Shown: positions 46,634 to 56,018, counted from the first letter of the stretch. The stretch: 64,000 bases of DNA from an uncultured Eubacteriales bacterium (GCA_958448555.1 CAUDEL010000005.1:18404-82403), one strand, 5' to 3'. The notes: generated from the letters alone by a model not told the origin. Numbers and translations are program-made.

Positions 46634-47818
46634 TCAGTCAAGGGGTTGTGGGACCGGACCGCAAGATTCGGCCTTGGTAATGACGATATAGCGTCGGTTA
46701 TTTTCACGGCCTTCGGTGATGGTATAACCGTTGGCTTCCAATCGCTCGCGCAGGGTTTTGAATGCAAGCAGATGCCCTTTTGCATCTTTGAGGCCCAACT
46801 TCTCGCGCAATTCCTTCTTTTCTTGCTGGAAAAGCCGCTTATTCAGATATTCTTCCGGCACAATAATTTTCCCATTGTGGCAATCATAGTAATATACGCT
46901 GTCCAAATCGCCTCGGTAACGTCCTCTTGCCTGTATGCGGTGAGTAGGATTGTTGGAATGAATAATCATGTAATCCATTTGGCCGTACAGGTTGATACTG
47001 GTTTCACAACTGGCATTAAAGATAAGCAGATCGTATTCCGGGGGTACGGCCTCATTTTCCAGAATATATCTGCGGGCCTTAAACTGTTCCTCATTCATGG
47101 GATACTTCTCGTTGGCAGCGCTCCATATAGAAATGGGCCTAAACCCGGCGTCGGAGGCGATTTTTTCATATTGCTTGATCTGCGAAATATGGCCTATATA
47201 GAGTGCGCCGCGCGTTCCTTTGGGTATCTGTGCTATAACCTGCTCTAGGCTGGCATAATATCTGATGTCGTGGTTTTGGTATTGTTTGAGACGACTGATA
47301 TCAATGGGGACGGAGTAGGCAAACGAAAGGTCTTTTAGCTTTCCGGGCGTTGCAGTTATGCCTACAACAAGGGTATGGCTGCTTCGGGCCACCTTGTAGA
47401 TAGCATCTCTTGCGATACTTGTATAATTGGGTTCTTCACTCATTGCGGCAAAAGCAGGAAGATTATGCAGCTCATCGCAGATAATGAGCTCAAAATAATC
47501 GGCAAAATCAGGGTTGCGAGATACCCACACGCCAAACTGTGCATAAGTGGTTACAACAATTTTTGTTGGATCACCTTCTTCTTCCGCAGGGAAAGACGCG
47601 TATTTTATGTCGTACTCATAAAAATAATATGGTCTGTTCAGCCGCTCGTTTTTGGCAAGCCGTTCAAAACCATTGCGCGTATCTATGAGGTATAGAGCCT
47701 TTTTCGGTGAAGAAGCCAGTTTTGAAACGACATTGATGGCGGCTGTTGTTTTACCGCATCCACAGGGCGCTTCGATAATATTTAGTTTCCTGCGCTTAAA
47801 ATTGGCAATACTTAACAC
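46634..47818 (-). CDS. Compact SF2 (DExH-type) helicase/translocase-like ATPase
   Basis: It has Walker A APCGCGKT, DExH as ICDELHN, motif III ITATP and motif VI HRIQARGRYRGD. The GTG start lacks an RBS. An RBS-preceded ATG lies 9 codons upstream but is followed by an in-frame TAG (M-N-stop). Confidence 0.7.
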   Translation of the reverse strand: MLSIANFKRRKLNIIEAPCGCGKTTAAINVVSKLASSPKKALYLIDTRNGFERLAKNERLNRPYYFYEYDIKYASFPAEEEGDPTKIVVTTYAQFGVWVSRNPDFADYFELIICDELHNLPAFAAMSEEPNYTSIARDAIYKVARSSHTLVVGITATPGKLKDLSFAYSVPIDISRLKQYQNHDIRYYASLEQVIAQIPKGTRGALYIGHISQIKQYEKIASDAGFRPISIWSAANEKYPMNEEQFKARRYILENEAVPPEYDLLIFNASCETSINLYGQMDYMIIHSNNPTHRIQARGRYRGDLDSVYYYDCHNGKIIVPEEYLNKRLFQQEKKELREKLGLKDAKGHLLAFKTLRERLEANGYTITEGRENNRRYIVITKAESCGPVPQPLD

Positions 47819-47927
47819 ATCTGCCAGGTATTGATTCTAATTCATAAGTATTATTCCTTTCTTCTTTAAATTAATTTAATACTTTTCTTTTTAATGAATA
47901 GAAGAAATGGATTCCTCTTTCACTATT

Positions 47928-47956
47928 ATTATAACTCAAATTTTGATATTTTGCAA
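47928..47956 (-). promoter_or_regulatory. Near-consensus sigma-A promoter for the helicase gene
   Basis: The minus strand reads TTGCAA, a 17-nt spacer, then TATAAT, about 110 nt upstream of the helicase start. Confidence 0.6.
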
Positions 47957-48119
47957 AAGTTAACTGCGCTAAAGTTTACCATATAAATCTTTTAAGGGTA
48001 AATTTTGTTATGCTTATCACGCGCATGATACAGCCAAAGCGCGCGGACAAAGGGACTATCATTTCTTTATATACAGAACACTATAAAAAATACCCTCCCC
48101 CGGTGGGAAGGGCGAGCGG

Positions 48120-48362
48120 TTATTGTATTTCCTGTTCCAGCGTGTCAAATATCTCCGTGCTGAAAAATTCACCCAAGGTTATCTCCAGACCATCACAGAG
48201 TTTTTTCACCAGATTGACGGATACCTCCTTACGGTGGGGGTCAAGCATACTATACACGCTGGAAGGGGTCACGCCCGCGCGGTTCGCAAGTTCATTGGTA
48301 CGGATGCCACGTTCTTTGCACAGATCGCGGAACCGTTGGGCCACGGCTTCCTTGACGGTCAC
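48120..48362 (-). CDS. XRE-family HTH transcriptional regulator
   Basis: GTG 48362 lies 6 nt after GAGGTG. The HTH is FRDLCKERGIRTNELANRAGVTPSSVYSML. The protein is 80 aa. Confidence 0.8.
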   Translation of the reverse strand: MTVKEAVAQRFRDLCKERGIRTNELANRAGVTPSSVYSMLDPHRKEVSVNLVKKLCDGLEITLGEFFSTEIFDTLEQEIQ

Positions 48363-48496
48363 AAAAATCACCTCAAAAAAGAGCATAGAAAAAAATATGC
48401 TTTTGCATATACGCACTTGCGTAATTTTGGAAAGAAAGGTATAATGGGGAAGAAAATGCGCAGATGCGTAATTAGTTCAAGAAAGAAGGAACTATC

Positions 48497-48691
48497 ATGC
48501 CTTATCTACTCAATCCAAAATCCGGAAAAATCCATCATTCCGACATGCCCCATGTTCAAAATAAGCCTGCGTACATATCTTTTTTGACCATTCAAGAGGC
48601 TATAGCGTATGCAAAAGACAACGGAAAACAACCATCACCTTGTGCAAGATGCCAGTTTCCACAAGCCGTACGCGATGAAATCAACAGATAA
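48497..48691 (+). CDS. Small hypothetical protein, divergent from the XRE gene
   Basis: ATG lies 6 nt after GAAAGAAGGA. The protein is 64 aa with no recognisable domain. Confidence 0.45.
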   Translation: MPYLLNPKSGKIHHSDMPHVQNKPAYISFLTIQEAIAYAKDNGKQPSPCARCQFPQAVRDEINR

Positions 48692-48771
48692 GGAACGCGA
48701 AGAAACAATCACATCCATCCTGTTGATATAAATTTTGATATAGAAGGGCAGAGTTTTTCCGGACCAATATT

Positions 48772-49635
48772 ATGAAGCTTGAAAGGCGTGGAAACGGCAT
48801 GGAAAAAACGATATATTCGAAAAAGTGGTCACTTCTGGTAATCTTTGCAACTCTTATCGTTGTGAACTTGATTACATTTAAATGGGAAAGTCTGAATTCT
48901 AATTATTTTTCGTGGGGAATCTTTTGGGATGAGACAGTTTCTTTGATTGTTGCAGTTACCGTATATGCATTCATCGTAGCTTTTCGTAAAAAGACATTTC
49001 GACCCAAAGAAAGAATTATCATCACTGTGGCAATCCTATTGACAATCCTTGTTTGGCCCCCAGAATTTTTCCGCGGAATAAATTACATCTTGAAATCATC
49101 TGATCAAAGTAATTTGTATTTGATAAAAAATATGGTTTGCACCATTGAAATTGCCCTGTTTGCCCTTTCGTGTATTTGCGCGGACAGAGGAAAAAAACGA
49201 ATGGCTATTATCGCTGCGGTTGGAATGTTTTTATGTTGCTTTTATTTTGCTTTTCCGAGCATTTCTTTCGGCTTAAAAGATGGGTTCTATTTTCGTTATT
49301 TTTGGCTGTCAAGTTGTGTTTTTCTGTTGTGTCCTGCAGTATGGCTTGTAATTGTTGCCCTTCGTAATCTTCCTGAAAAGGCAAGATATGTATGTATCGC
49401 GCTGGTTATTTTGGTTTACGGCGTAATGATGATTCTTATTTATAATATCTATATATGGTATACTAGTTACAGTTATAGAGGAATGATATATTATGCCTCC
49501 TTTGGACATATTTTTCTGTTGATTCAGTTGGCAATAGGACTGCTGCCGCCTTCGTTGCTTTCTCAAAAAGTAAAAGAGAAGGAAGCAACGAAATGGTCCT
49601 ATCTTGAACAATACAAAAAACAAATAATGAAATAA
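48772..49635 (+). CDS. Multi-pass membrane protein of unknown function
   Basis: It has about 8 hydrophobic segments and AT-rich codon usage. ATG 48799 is an alternative start. Confidence 0.55.
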   Translation: MKLERRGNGMEKTIYSKKWSLLVIFATLIVVNLITFKWESLNSNYFSWGIFWDETVSLIVAVTVYAFIVAFRKKTFRPKERIIITVAILLTILVWPPEFFRGINYILKSSDQSNLYLIKNMVCTIEIALFALSCICADRGKKRMAIIAAVGMFLCCFYFAFPSISFGLKDGFYFRYFWLSSCVFLLCPAVWLVIVALRNLPEKARYVCIALVILVYGVMMILIYNIYIWYTSYSYRGMIYYASFGHIFLLIQLAIGLLPPSLLSQKVKEKEATKWSYLEQYKKQIMK

Positions 49636-49646
49636 GGAGGATTCAT

Positions 49647-49910
49647 ATGTTTGAGAACATTGGAGGCAAAATCAAAATGGTGGCACGCATCGGGTGCTGG
49701 TTGGGAATCATTGCTTCGGTCGTTATTGCCATTGTGCTTTGGGCGAACAACAGTTATTATTACCCAACAACGGGCACGGGACTCATCGTGTTGGTAGGCG
49801 GAAGTCTGGCTTCCTGGCTTGGGTCCCTGTTCACCTATGGAATGGGTGACCTGATAGAAAACGTCAGTGTGCTCGCAAACATTGCGGCAAAAAAGGAACT
49901 GGAAAAATAA
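49647..49910 (+). CDS. Small two-TM membrane protein
   Basis: ATG lies 6 nt after AAGGAGG. The protein is 87 aa with two hydrophobic segments. Confidence 0.6.
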   Translation: MFENIGGKIKMVARIGCWLGIIASVVIAIVLWANNSYYYPTTGTGLIVLVGGSLASWLGSLFTYGMGDLIENVSVLANIAAKKELEK

Positions 49911-49921
49911 AAAAGCTTTCG

Positions 49922-49955
49922 TCCCCTTCTCGCTATGCGGGAAGGGGAGTTTTTT
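49922..49955 (+). terminator. Rho-independent terminator
   Basis: TCCCCTTC-(loop)-GAAGGGGA is followed by T6. Confidence 0.75.
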
Positions 49956-50066
49956 ATACCGGCTAAGCTAATTTTTGCATGAACATTTAATGAGAGCATG
50001 AACGAAATGAACCAATGCTGAGCTGCTCTCTGAGCATCCTAATAGATGATGAAGGGAGGAAAACGA

Positions 50067-50450
50067 ATGGGTACGTTGGATGGTTTTCGAGTTTTTAACT
50101 TTTCTGAGGGAGTTCCCTATGTTTCCATCACAGCAAACGGGATGACATTTAACAAATCCGTTGTCATGAAACTGGATTATCCACCTTACGTTCGGCTTCT
50201 AATCAATGCAGAAGAACGGAAAATTGCCATACAGAGCTGTGACAAAGATGAGACGTTCGCGGCCGGGTTTTATAAACCAAAAGAATCAAAGGTGATCTCG
50301 GTTCGGTGGAACGGCAAGGATTTGTTGAATACGATTCAAGAGATTAAAGGCTGGAATTTGAAGAACGAATCCTATCGTGTAGATGGTATATTGCTAAAAG
50401 ACGAACATGCCATGCTTTTTGACCTTGACAAAGCGCAATCGCTCACTTGA
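50067..50450 (+). CDS. Hypothetical protein (127 aa)
   Basis: ATG lies after GAAGGGAGG. I cannot name a domain. It is followed by the hairpin AAACCTGC...GCAGGTTT. Confidence 0.55.
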   Translation: MGTLDGFRVFNFSEGVPYVSITANGMTFNKSVVMKLDYPPYVRLLINAEERKIAIQSCDKDETFAAGFYKPKESKVISVRWNGKDLLNTIQEIKGWNLKNESYRVDGILLKDEHAMLFDLDKAQSLT

Positions 50451-50642
50451 TGATGTCACGCGGAAAACCGCTGGACATAAAAACCTGCCGAAGTTAGCAC
50501 TTCAGCAGGTTTGAGAAAAGCATGTGCGACTTAGCCGCCTATACTCTCTCCGAGACAAATTGAGTATATCAGTTGTACCTGCTTTTCTCAAGTCTTTTTC
50601 GGATTCGCTTCGAAAAAACTTGATGAATAGGAGGTGGCTTGT

Positions 50643-50777
50643 ATGAAGAAAAGGAGACCGAAATCTTCTCCTTGTAGATTTGTTGCGTACATTACGCTTA
50701 AAGATGGTACGAGAATTTACGCCAAAAATTACGGTCTGAAGGGTTTCCCCATCTGCCCTACTAAAAAAACCGATTAA
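50643..50777 (+). CDS. Small basic protein (44 aa), not in the ORF track
   Basis: The RBS TAGGAGGTGG lies 6-7 nt upstream of the ATG. The protein is MKKRRPKSSPCRFVAYITLKDGTRIYAKNYGLKGFPICPTKKTD*. Confidence 0.5.
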   Translation: MKKRRPKSSPCRFVAYITLKDGTRIYAKNYGLKGFPICPTKKTD

Positions 50778-50830
50778 TCATTTGCCTTAAGGATGAGGGC
50801 GGCTACATCCTTGTTCTATCCAATAACAGC

Positions 50831-51058
50831 ATGGACAGGGTGATGAAAATGAAAAACAAAGTATCGGTTACCGGTGAGTCCCGGACAGGGCGAAATATAG
50901 GTTTTCGAGATGAAAGAACTCACGAAAAGATAACCAGAATGCAGTTTGTCCGGGAAATCGAACATGGTAATTATCCTGATTATCATGTCCGCGTTATCAG
51001 TGGCTTCAAAACGCCAGCAAGTGACCCGGACAAAAGTCGAAAGAACAATCTAGGCTAA
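50831..51058 (+). CDS. DUF3892-like small protein
   Basis: The C-terminal pattern YHVRVISGFKTPASDPDKSRKNNLG resembles DUF3892 (from memory). ATG 50849 is an alternative start. Confidence 0.4.
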   Translation: MDRVMKMKNKVSVTGESRTGRNIGFRDERTHEKITRMQFVREIEHGNYPDYHVRVISGFKTPASDPDKSRKNNLG

Positions 51059-51102
51059 CAATACTGCCCCCACGTTCACAAAAGCGCGGGGGCAATGCTT
51101 AT

Positions 51103-51684
51103 TTACACCATCCTCAAATACTTATACACCGTCGGCCTACTTAACCCACACACCCGCGCCAATTCGCTAACATTCATCTTTCCCGCCTTGTAGGCCGGAT
51201 AATGCTTGAGAAATATGCCGGGGATGTCCTCCTTGGTGCTGCGCGGTCTGCCGATTCTGCGCCCCTTGGCTCTGGCGTTCGCCATGCCGCTTTTCACCCT
51301 TGCCCTGATGATGGACAGTTCCAGTTCGGCAAATACTGCGCTCATTTGGATGAACGCCTGACTCATGGGGTCGATTTCGCCGCTGCGACAATCCACCGTG
51401 ATGCTGCCCACAATCACAAGGCGAAGGTGCTTTCGCTTGATGACCTCCACAATCTCACACAACTGCTGCATGCTGCGGCTCAGGCGGCTTACTTCGAGCG
51501 TGATGATGCTGTCGCCCTCGCGCGCCGTGTCCAGCAGCATTTGAAGCTCCTTTTTGATTCGCGCGTCGCCGTGCTCGTACTCAAAGACGACTTCCTCCGC
51601 GCCCGCCGCCTTCAATTCCCTGATCTGCCGCCGGATGTCCTGCTTGCTGTCGTTTGTTGAGCACCTTGCATATCCGTATATCAT
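51103..51684 (-). CDS. Small serine recombinase (resolvase/invertase family)
   Basis: MIYGYARCSTNDSKQD carries the catalytic Ser. The motif LEVSRLSRS is present. The C-terminal HTH is VSELARVCGLSRPTVYKYL. The protein is 193 aa. Confidence 0.9.
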   Translation of the reverse strand: MIYGYARCSTNDSKQDIRRQIRELKAAGAEEVVFEYEHGDARIKKELQMLLDTAREGDSIITLEVSRLSRSMQQLCEIVEVIKRKHLRLVIVGSITVDCRSGEIDPMSQAFIQMSAVFAELELSIIRARVKSGMANARAKGRRIGRPRSTKEDIPGIFLKHYPAYKAGKMNVSELARVCGLSRPTVYKYLRMV

Positions 51685-51789
51685 GTCTGCTTCTCCTGTC
51701 AAAGAAAGGGTCAAAAAAGGATTTTACATGGCGGACACGCCGCAAAGCCTGAAAAATGGTGCACGGGCCGCGGCGTGTCCGTTGGAAAG

Positions 51790-52041
51790 TCAATCATTTG
51801 TTTGATTTGACACATCCATAGCTTCCTGAATGGCGGCTTCCTGCGCGCCGCTGATCTGGCTGTGCAGTTCATACAGGGCCGCGCCGATGGTGTCAAAGGC
51901 GATTGCCGCCTTCATGTTTCCGCTCTTTTTCGCCAGCAGGTTCAGGCTTTGCGCTTCGGATTCAAAAAGCGCAATGGCGCCCTCAGTCAGCAGGCGCGCA
52001 ACCGACAATGTATGTCCTATATCGTAATAAACCTGTTCCAT
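51790..52041 (-). CDS. Hypothetical protein (83 aa)
   Basis: ATG 52041 follows GGAGGAAG. The start was trimmed from the 101-aa ORF. Confidence 0.45.
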   Translation of the reverse strand: MEQVYYDIGHTLSVARLLTEGAIALFESEAQSLNLLAKKSGNMKAAIAFDTIGAALYELHSQISGAQEAAIQEAMDVSNQTND

Positions 52042-52094
52042 TGTGCTTCCTCCATGGGAGGATTGCGGCGAGCGCCGCCGCAATCCCTGTTTCA

Positions 52095-52916
52095 TCAGGT
52101 TCCCAAAATCAGTGCAACGGCTTTTTCCGCCTTGCTGGATGCGCTGACGATGAACCGTTTGTCCCCTTTCAGCACATCCAGCCAGTTTTGAATGTAAGCG
52201 GCATTGTTGCGCAGGCTGGCGGAGGTTTCAAGCCCGATATGATTAACCAGCGCCGCTGCGCCGATCTCCGCAACCAGTTCTTCCTTGCTGTAATCGTCGC
52301 TGCCAAAGTGGGCGAGCGCGGTCAAACGGTCGAGGCGGCTGCTGTGTCCTGTGGAGTGGACAAGCTCATGAAACGCGGTGCTATAATACTCTGCGCTTTC
52401 CGCAAACTGTGCCAGCAATGGAAGCACCACGCGGTCTGTGCTGGGCTGATAATACGCCCCGTCAGCTTGTCTGTGTTCCACCTTCACGCCAGAGCGCTGC
52501 ACATAGCCACTTATGATGGTTTCGGCGTTTTGGTCTGTGCTGGCCGTCTGCGGAAGGGGTTGGGAGTGTTTCGCCGCCAGCCCTTCGCACTGGTCGATGT
52601 GGAACACGCTGTAATAGCGCAAAAGGGGAATGGTTTTCTGTTCGCCCGTTTCCTTATCCGCCTGCTCCATCACCTTCCAGAACACAACCATGCTGGCCTT
52701 TTCACCCTTGCGCACATAGCCGCCCTCCTGCTGTATCTGCCGGAAAGTTGCGTATTCACCGGGGCGGCCCAGCAGCATTTGATTCAGTAGCGAATAGGGC
52801 TTGCCGGTAGCGTAGCTGATGGCTTGGCCGCGCGCGATCCACGGTTTCCTCCACGGAATGATGCCCTGCTGCATTTGCGTGATGATACGGTCGGTAATTT
52901 CCCTGTAAATATCCAT
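52095..52916 (-). CDS. ArdC-like protein (N-terminal ssDNA-binding domain plus zincin-like HExxH domain)
   Basis: ATG 52916 lies 8 nt after AAAGGAG. The N-terminus is ITDRIITQMQQGIIPWRKPW. The metallopeptidase motif is FHELVHSTGH. Confidence 0.8.
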   Translation of the reverse strand: MDIYREITDRIITQMQQGIIPWRKPWIARGQAISYATGKPYSLLNQMLLGRPGEYATFRQIQQEGGYVRKGEKASMVVFWKVMEQADKETGEQKTIPLLRYYSVFHIDQCEGLAAKHSQPLPQTASTDQNAETIISGYVQRSGVKVEHRQADGAYYQPSTDRVVLPLLAQFAESAEYYSTAFHELVHSTGHSSRLDRLTALAHFGSDDYSKEELVAEIGAAALVNHIGLETSASLRNNAAYIQNWLDVLKGDKRFIVSASSKAEKAVALILGT

Positions 52917-53036
52917 GTTTCCTGCTCCTTTGCTTGTGGGGAGCAAGGCGATTGTGGTAGAATGTCCTTGCTCCCCGGTTTGTTGGTAGCTTACCTGTGG
53001 GGCATTGCCGGAGTGCTGTGGTAGGTGCTCCGGCTT

Positions 53037-53306
53037 TTAGTTGATGGAGAAGCGGCGGGCGGTGGTTTGCTTGGTGTAAGCTGCCGCAAGCTCTGCGTGG
53101 TCCTTCTTGAAGCGGGTGCTGTCAAAACGGCTGGCGGTGTAGGTGGTCCAACTGACCTTGAACGCTCCGGCCAAAAGCGTTTCTTCGTTGCCCATGCGGG
53201 CTTTGATTTGGTCTTCCAGCGCGGTGATCTCCGCTTCCAGTTCCTCCTTCATGCGGCGAAGCTCCATCAGTTCCTTGACTTTGGGTTCCATGTTCTGGTC
53301 GCTCAT
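53037..53306 (-). CDS. Hypothetical coiled-coil protein (89 aa)
   Basis: AAGGAGG lies 7 nt upstream of the ATG. It is co-oriented with the ArdC-like gene. Confidence 0.55.
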   Translation of the reverse strand: MSDQNMEPKVKELMELRRMKEELEAEITALEDQIKARMGNEETLLAGAFKVSWTTYTASRFDSTRFKKDHAELAAAYTKQTTARRFSIN

Positions 53307-53430
53307 GTGGTGGCCTCCTTTTGCTATTTGGTTGAATTGATTTTATCAACCTTACAAATATATTATAAACGATATACTTTATTTTGTCAACAGAATAATA
53401 AAACTTTTTCTTTACAATTTCATTTTATAT

Positions 53431-53459
53431 TTGACGAAAGAAAGCGTTTTCTATATAAT
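53431..53459 (+). promoter_or_regulatory. Sigma-A promoter for the XRE gene at 53479
   Basis: TTGACG, a 17-nt spacer, then TATAAT, in an AT-rich divergent intergenic region. Confidence 0.55.
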
Positions 53460-53478
53460 AAGAAATGGAGGTGTTTCC

Positions 53479-53688
53479 ATGACCATATCACAGAAAATCA
53501 AAATGGCACTTGCATATAAGGGCATGAGCGAAGCCGAACTGGCGCGGGCTGTTGGTTCCAGTCCGCAAGCGTTCAACCAGCGAATGAAAACAGGCAAGTT
53601 TTCTTCGGAGGAAATGGAGCGAATCGCGGAGGCGCTGGAAGCCACCTATTACTTCGGCTTTGAGTTCAGGGACGGAACAAAAATCTGA
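53479..53688 (+). CDS. XRE-family HTH transcriptional regulator (69 aa)
   Basis: ATG follows GGAGGTG. The HTH is KGMSEAELARAVGSSPQAFNQRMKTG. Confidence 0.8.
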   Translation: MTISQKIKMALAYKGMSEAELARAVGSSPQAFNQRMKTGKFSSEEMERIAEALEATYYFGFEFRDGTKI

Positions 53689-53973
53689 TATGCCGCAAAG
53701 GCAAAGCGGCCGGTCCGTGCGTGCTCTGCATGAACCGGCTTTTTGTATGCGGGCCATCTTTCGGGCATGGTTTCTTTTTGTTCCTCAAAAATCTTTTCCC
53801 CCGCCGAAGGAAGCGCCGGAACGGTTTTTTGAAAAGGCTTGGGCCAAAACGTTATCAAATAATGGCTTTTCTCTAAAAAGCAGGCTCCGTTCCTATCATT
53901 TTATGGCCTGATGTTGTAAAATAAAGCCTATCAGATGTAAGAATAAACCCTTTGTTTCAAAAAGGAGTACACC

Positions 53974-54351
53974 ATGGCCGTTTATGATCGTGAAGAGGAT
54001 GCGCCGCAGGTCAATCTGTATGGCCGCAAAATGAAGCTGCTGGAAGTGATGCGCATTTTGGAGAGAGAAACCGATGCCGAACATGCGCTGACCGCCAACA
54101 GGATCGCCGCCCGGCTGGAGGAAAAAGGCTTCCCGCATGCGGACCGAAAGGGGATTTATGATGACATCAATGTGCTCAACTGCTTTCTCAAGCCCGGCGG
54201 CGGAGGCGGCTGCAAAAGGCCGCGCATTGAGAAGGATGAAATCACCTTCGGCTATTATCTGGACAACCGGCCTTTTTCGGTGGCGGACCTCAAGCTCATC
54301 ATTGATGCGCTGCTGTCCAGCAGATTTTTGTCGGATGTGAACTTCTGTTAG
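53974..54351 (+). CDS. Winged-helix DNA-binding protein (N-terminal module of WYL/DeoR-type regulators)
   Basis: AAAGGAG lies 6 nt upstream of the ATG. The motif LLEVMRILERETDAEHALTANRIAARLEEKG is present. The protein is only 125 aa, so it may be truncated. Confidence 0.5.
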   Translation: MAVYDREEDAPQVNLYGRKMKLLEVMRILERETDAEHALTANRIAARLEEKGFPHADRKGIYDDINVLNCFLKPGGGGGCKRPRIEKDEITFGYYLDNRPFSVADLKLIIDALLSSRFLSDVNFC

Positions 54352-54775
54352 AGAACATATACAACTGAATACGGATTTGTCTGATGGCAAGCACTTGCAA
54401 CTATCCGAGAAAAGAACGGATATATGCAGGTGCTTTTCTTTTTGAAAAAATCAGAACACAGTGTCCAAAATCGGCTATCCGCACGGGCTGTAAGGTAGGG
54501 GGCAAGTCTGCCCATATGTACTTTGAAAACTTCACAGCAGCCGTCAGAGGGATACCTGCCGCAACGGACAGCAGGCGATGATATGAGCCTGCCCATTGCT
54601 TAATCCATGCACAGCATAGACAGTGAAAACGCCGCTTTGGGAAAGCGTGGAACCGTATGGAATGGCTGTGCTTACATATCCCCGTCCTTGTGGCAGGGAT
54701 ATAAAAAATTTTAAGGAGGTCGAATGCCTATGGACAAGTATGCAACAACCAGACGAAAGCGGAAGGAGGACACCC

Positions 54776-55816
54776 ATGCAAAAGCTGAACATGGTGGACG
54801 CAGATACCCTGCTCTATCAGCCGCTTGACAAGCCACGCTTCGTGGTGGACGGTCTTATCCCCACGGGGCTGATACTGTTCTGCGGCTCACAGAAAATCGG
54901 CAAAAGCTGGCTCATGCTGAAACTCTGCTTATGCGTGTCGGCGGGACTGCCATTCTGGGAGATGGAAACACGGGCGGGCGATGTGCTGTACCTGTGCCTT
55001 GAGGATACCTTTTTCCGCATACAGGACAGGCTCTTTCGTCTGACAGACGAGGCGGACAGCCGCCTGCACTTCGCTGTGGCAAGCTGCAAGCTGACGGACG
55101 GGCTGATTGTGCAGTTGGAGGACTATCTGAAGGAGTACCCAGACAGCAGGCTCATTGTGATTGACACCTTGCAGAAAGTACGCACCGCCTCAAAGGACAA
55201 CGCCTATGCCAGTGATTACGGGGATATTTCCCAGATTAAGGAGTTTGCCGACAGGCATTCCCTTGCGGTCATCGTTGTCCACCATATCCGCAAGCAGAAT
55301 GACAGTGATGTGTTCAACAAGGTATCGGGGACAACGGGGCTGACGGGGAGCGCAGACGCCACTTTTGTACTGGAAAAAGAAACCCGTGCGTCCGATACCG
55401 CAAGGCTCTACTGTGTCGGCAGGGATATTGAGTATCAGGAGTTTGTCCTGCGTTTCAGGGAATGCAGTTGGAAAATGGTGGAGCGCAAGGGGCAGGAGCA
55501 GCTTGCGAGGGAAAGCATACCGCCTGTCCTTTTTCGGCTCGTAGAGTTTATGCAGGACAAAGAGAAATGGTGCGGCACAGCCACGGAGCTTCTGGCGGCG
55601 ATGTCGGAAACAGATACCCCGCCCACGGTCATTACCAAATGGCTCAATGAGTACCGCACAACCTTTTTAGCGGACAACCATATCGGCTATGCGTACCGCA
55701 GGAAGAAAGAGGGCAGACTGATTGCGCTCACAAAGCAGTCGGGTGACAGTGATGACGGTGGTGACGGCGATGTCGGGATACCCCCTGCGTCTGTCACTGA
55801 TGACACAGCAAAGTGA
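54776..55816 (+). CDS. AAA_25/RepA-like RecA-fold ATPase
   Basis: ATG 54776 follows GGAAGGAGGA. Walker A is GSQKIGKSW. It also contains YLCLED and LIVIDTLQK. The protein has an acidic G/D-rich tail. Confidence 0.8.
   Translation: MQKLNMVDADTLLYQPLDKPRFVVDGLIPTGLILFCGSQKIGKSWLMLKLCLCVSAGLPFWEMETRAGDVLYLCLEDTFFRIQDRLFRLTDEADSRLHFAVASCKLTDGLIVQLEDYLKEYPDSRLIVIDTLQKVRTASKDNAYASDYGDISQIKEFADRHSLAVIVVHHIRKQNDSDVFNKVSGTTGLTGSADATFVLEKETRASDTARLYCVGRDIEYQEFVLRFRECSWKMVERKGQEQLARESIPPVLFRLVEFMQDKEKWCGTATELLAAMSETDTPPTVITKWLNEYRTTFLADNHIGYAYRRKKEGRLIALTKQSGDSDDGGDGDVGIPPASVTDDTAK
55742..55784 (+). repeat. Left cluster of 9-bp units (GGTGACAGT GATGACGGT GGTGACGGC GATGTCGGG) plus GGGATACCC
   Basis: It lies inside the 3' end of the ATPase gene. 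The first 20 nt are perfectly inverted at 56169-56188, and GGGATACCC is inverted at 56156-56164. Confidence 0.75.
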
Positions 55817-56018
55817 AACAGGTCAGTCTTGCCCTTCGGGTGGCAGGCGTGGCGGCAATGGCAATGCTTCTCCATCTGCGCCCTGCCACCCTGCGGGAGA
55901 ACACCCCGCAAACGCTCCGTGCAGGCGTGGGCTTTTCTCGCCTCTTTCGGCTCGTAAAGCCACCCCTGCGTCTGAAAAAACCGCCCCGGTTTTTTCAGCC
56001 CGCTTTTGCAGGGTGTAA

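Noticed and set aside
45298-46785. 495-aa minus-strand ORF in the island
   Set aside because: It spans two plus-strand genes that each have a well-spaced RBS. The product is F/L/H/G-rich with no motifs and no RBS. Its length is unusual for moderate-GC DNA, so I note it, but I consider it antisense.
54723-54827. 34-codon ORF (MPMDKYATTRRKRKEDTHAKAEHGG...) after TAAGGAGG upstream of the AAA_25 gene
   Set aside because: The RBS spacing to the first ATG is only 4 nt. The frame runs into the ATPase gene, and the AGGAGGA inside it is better explained as the ATPase RBS. The evidence is insufficient.
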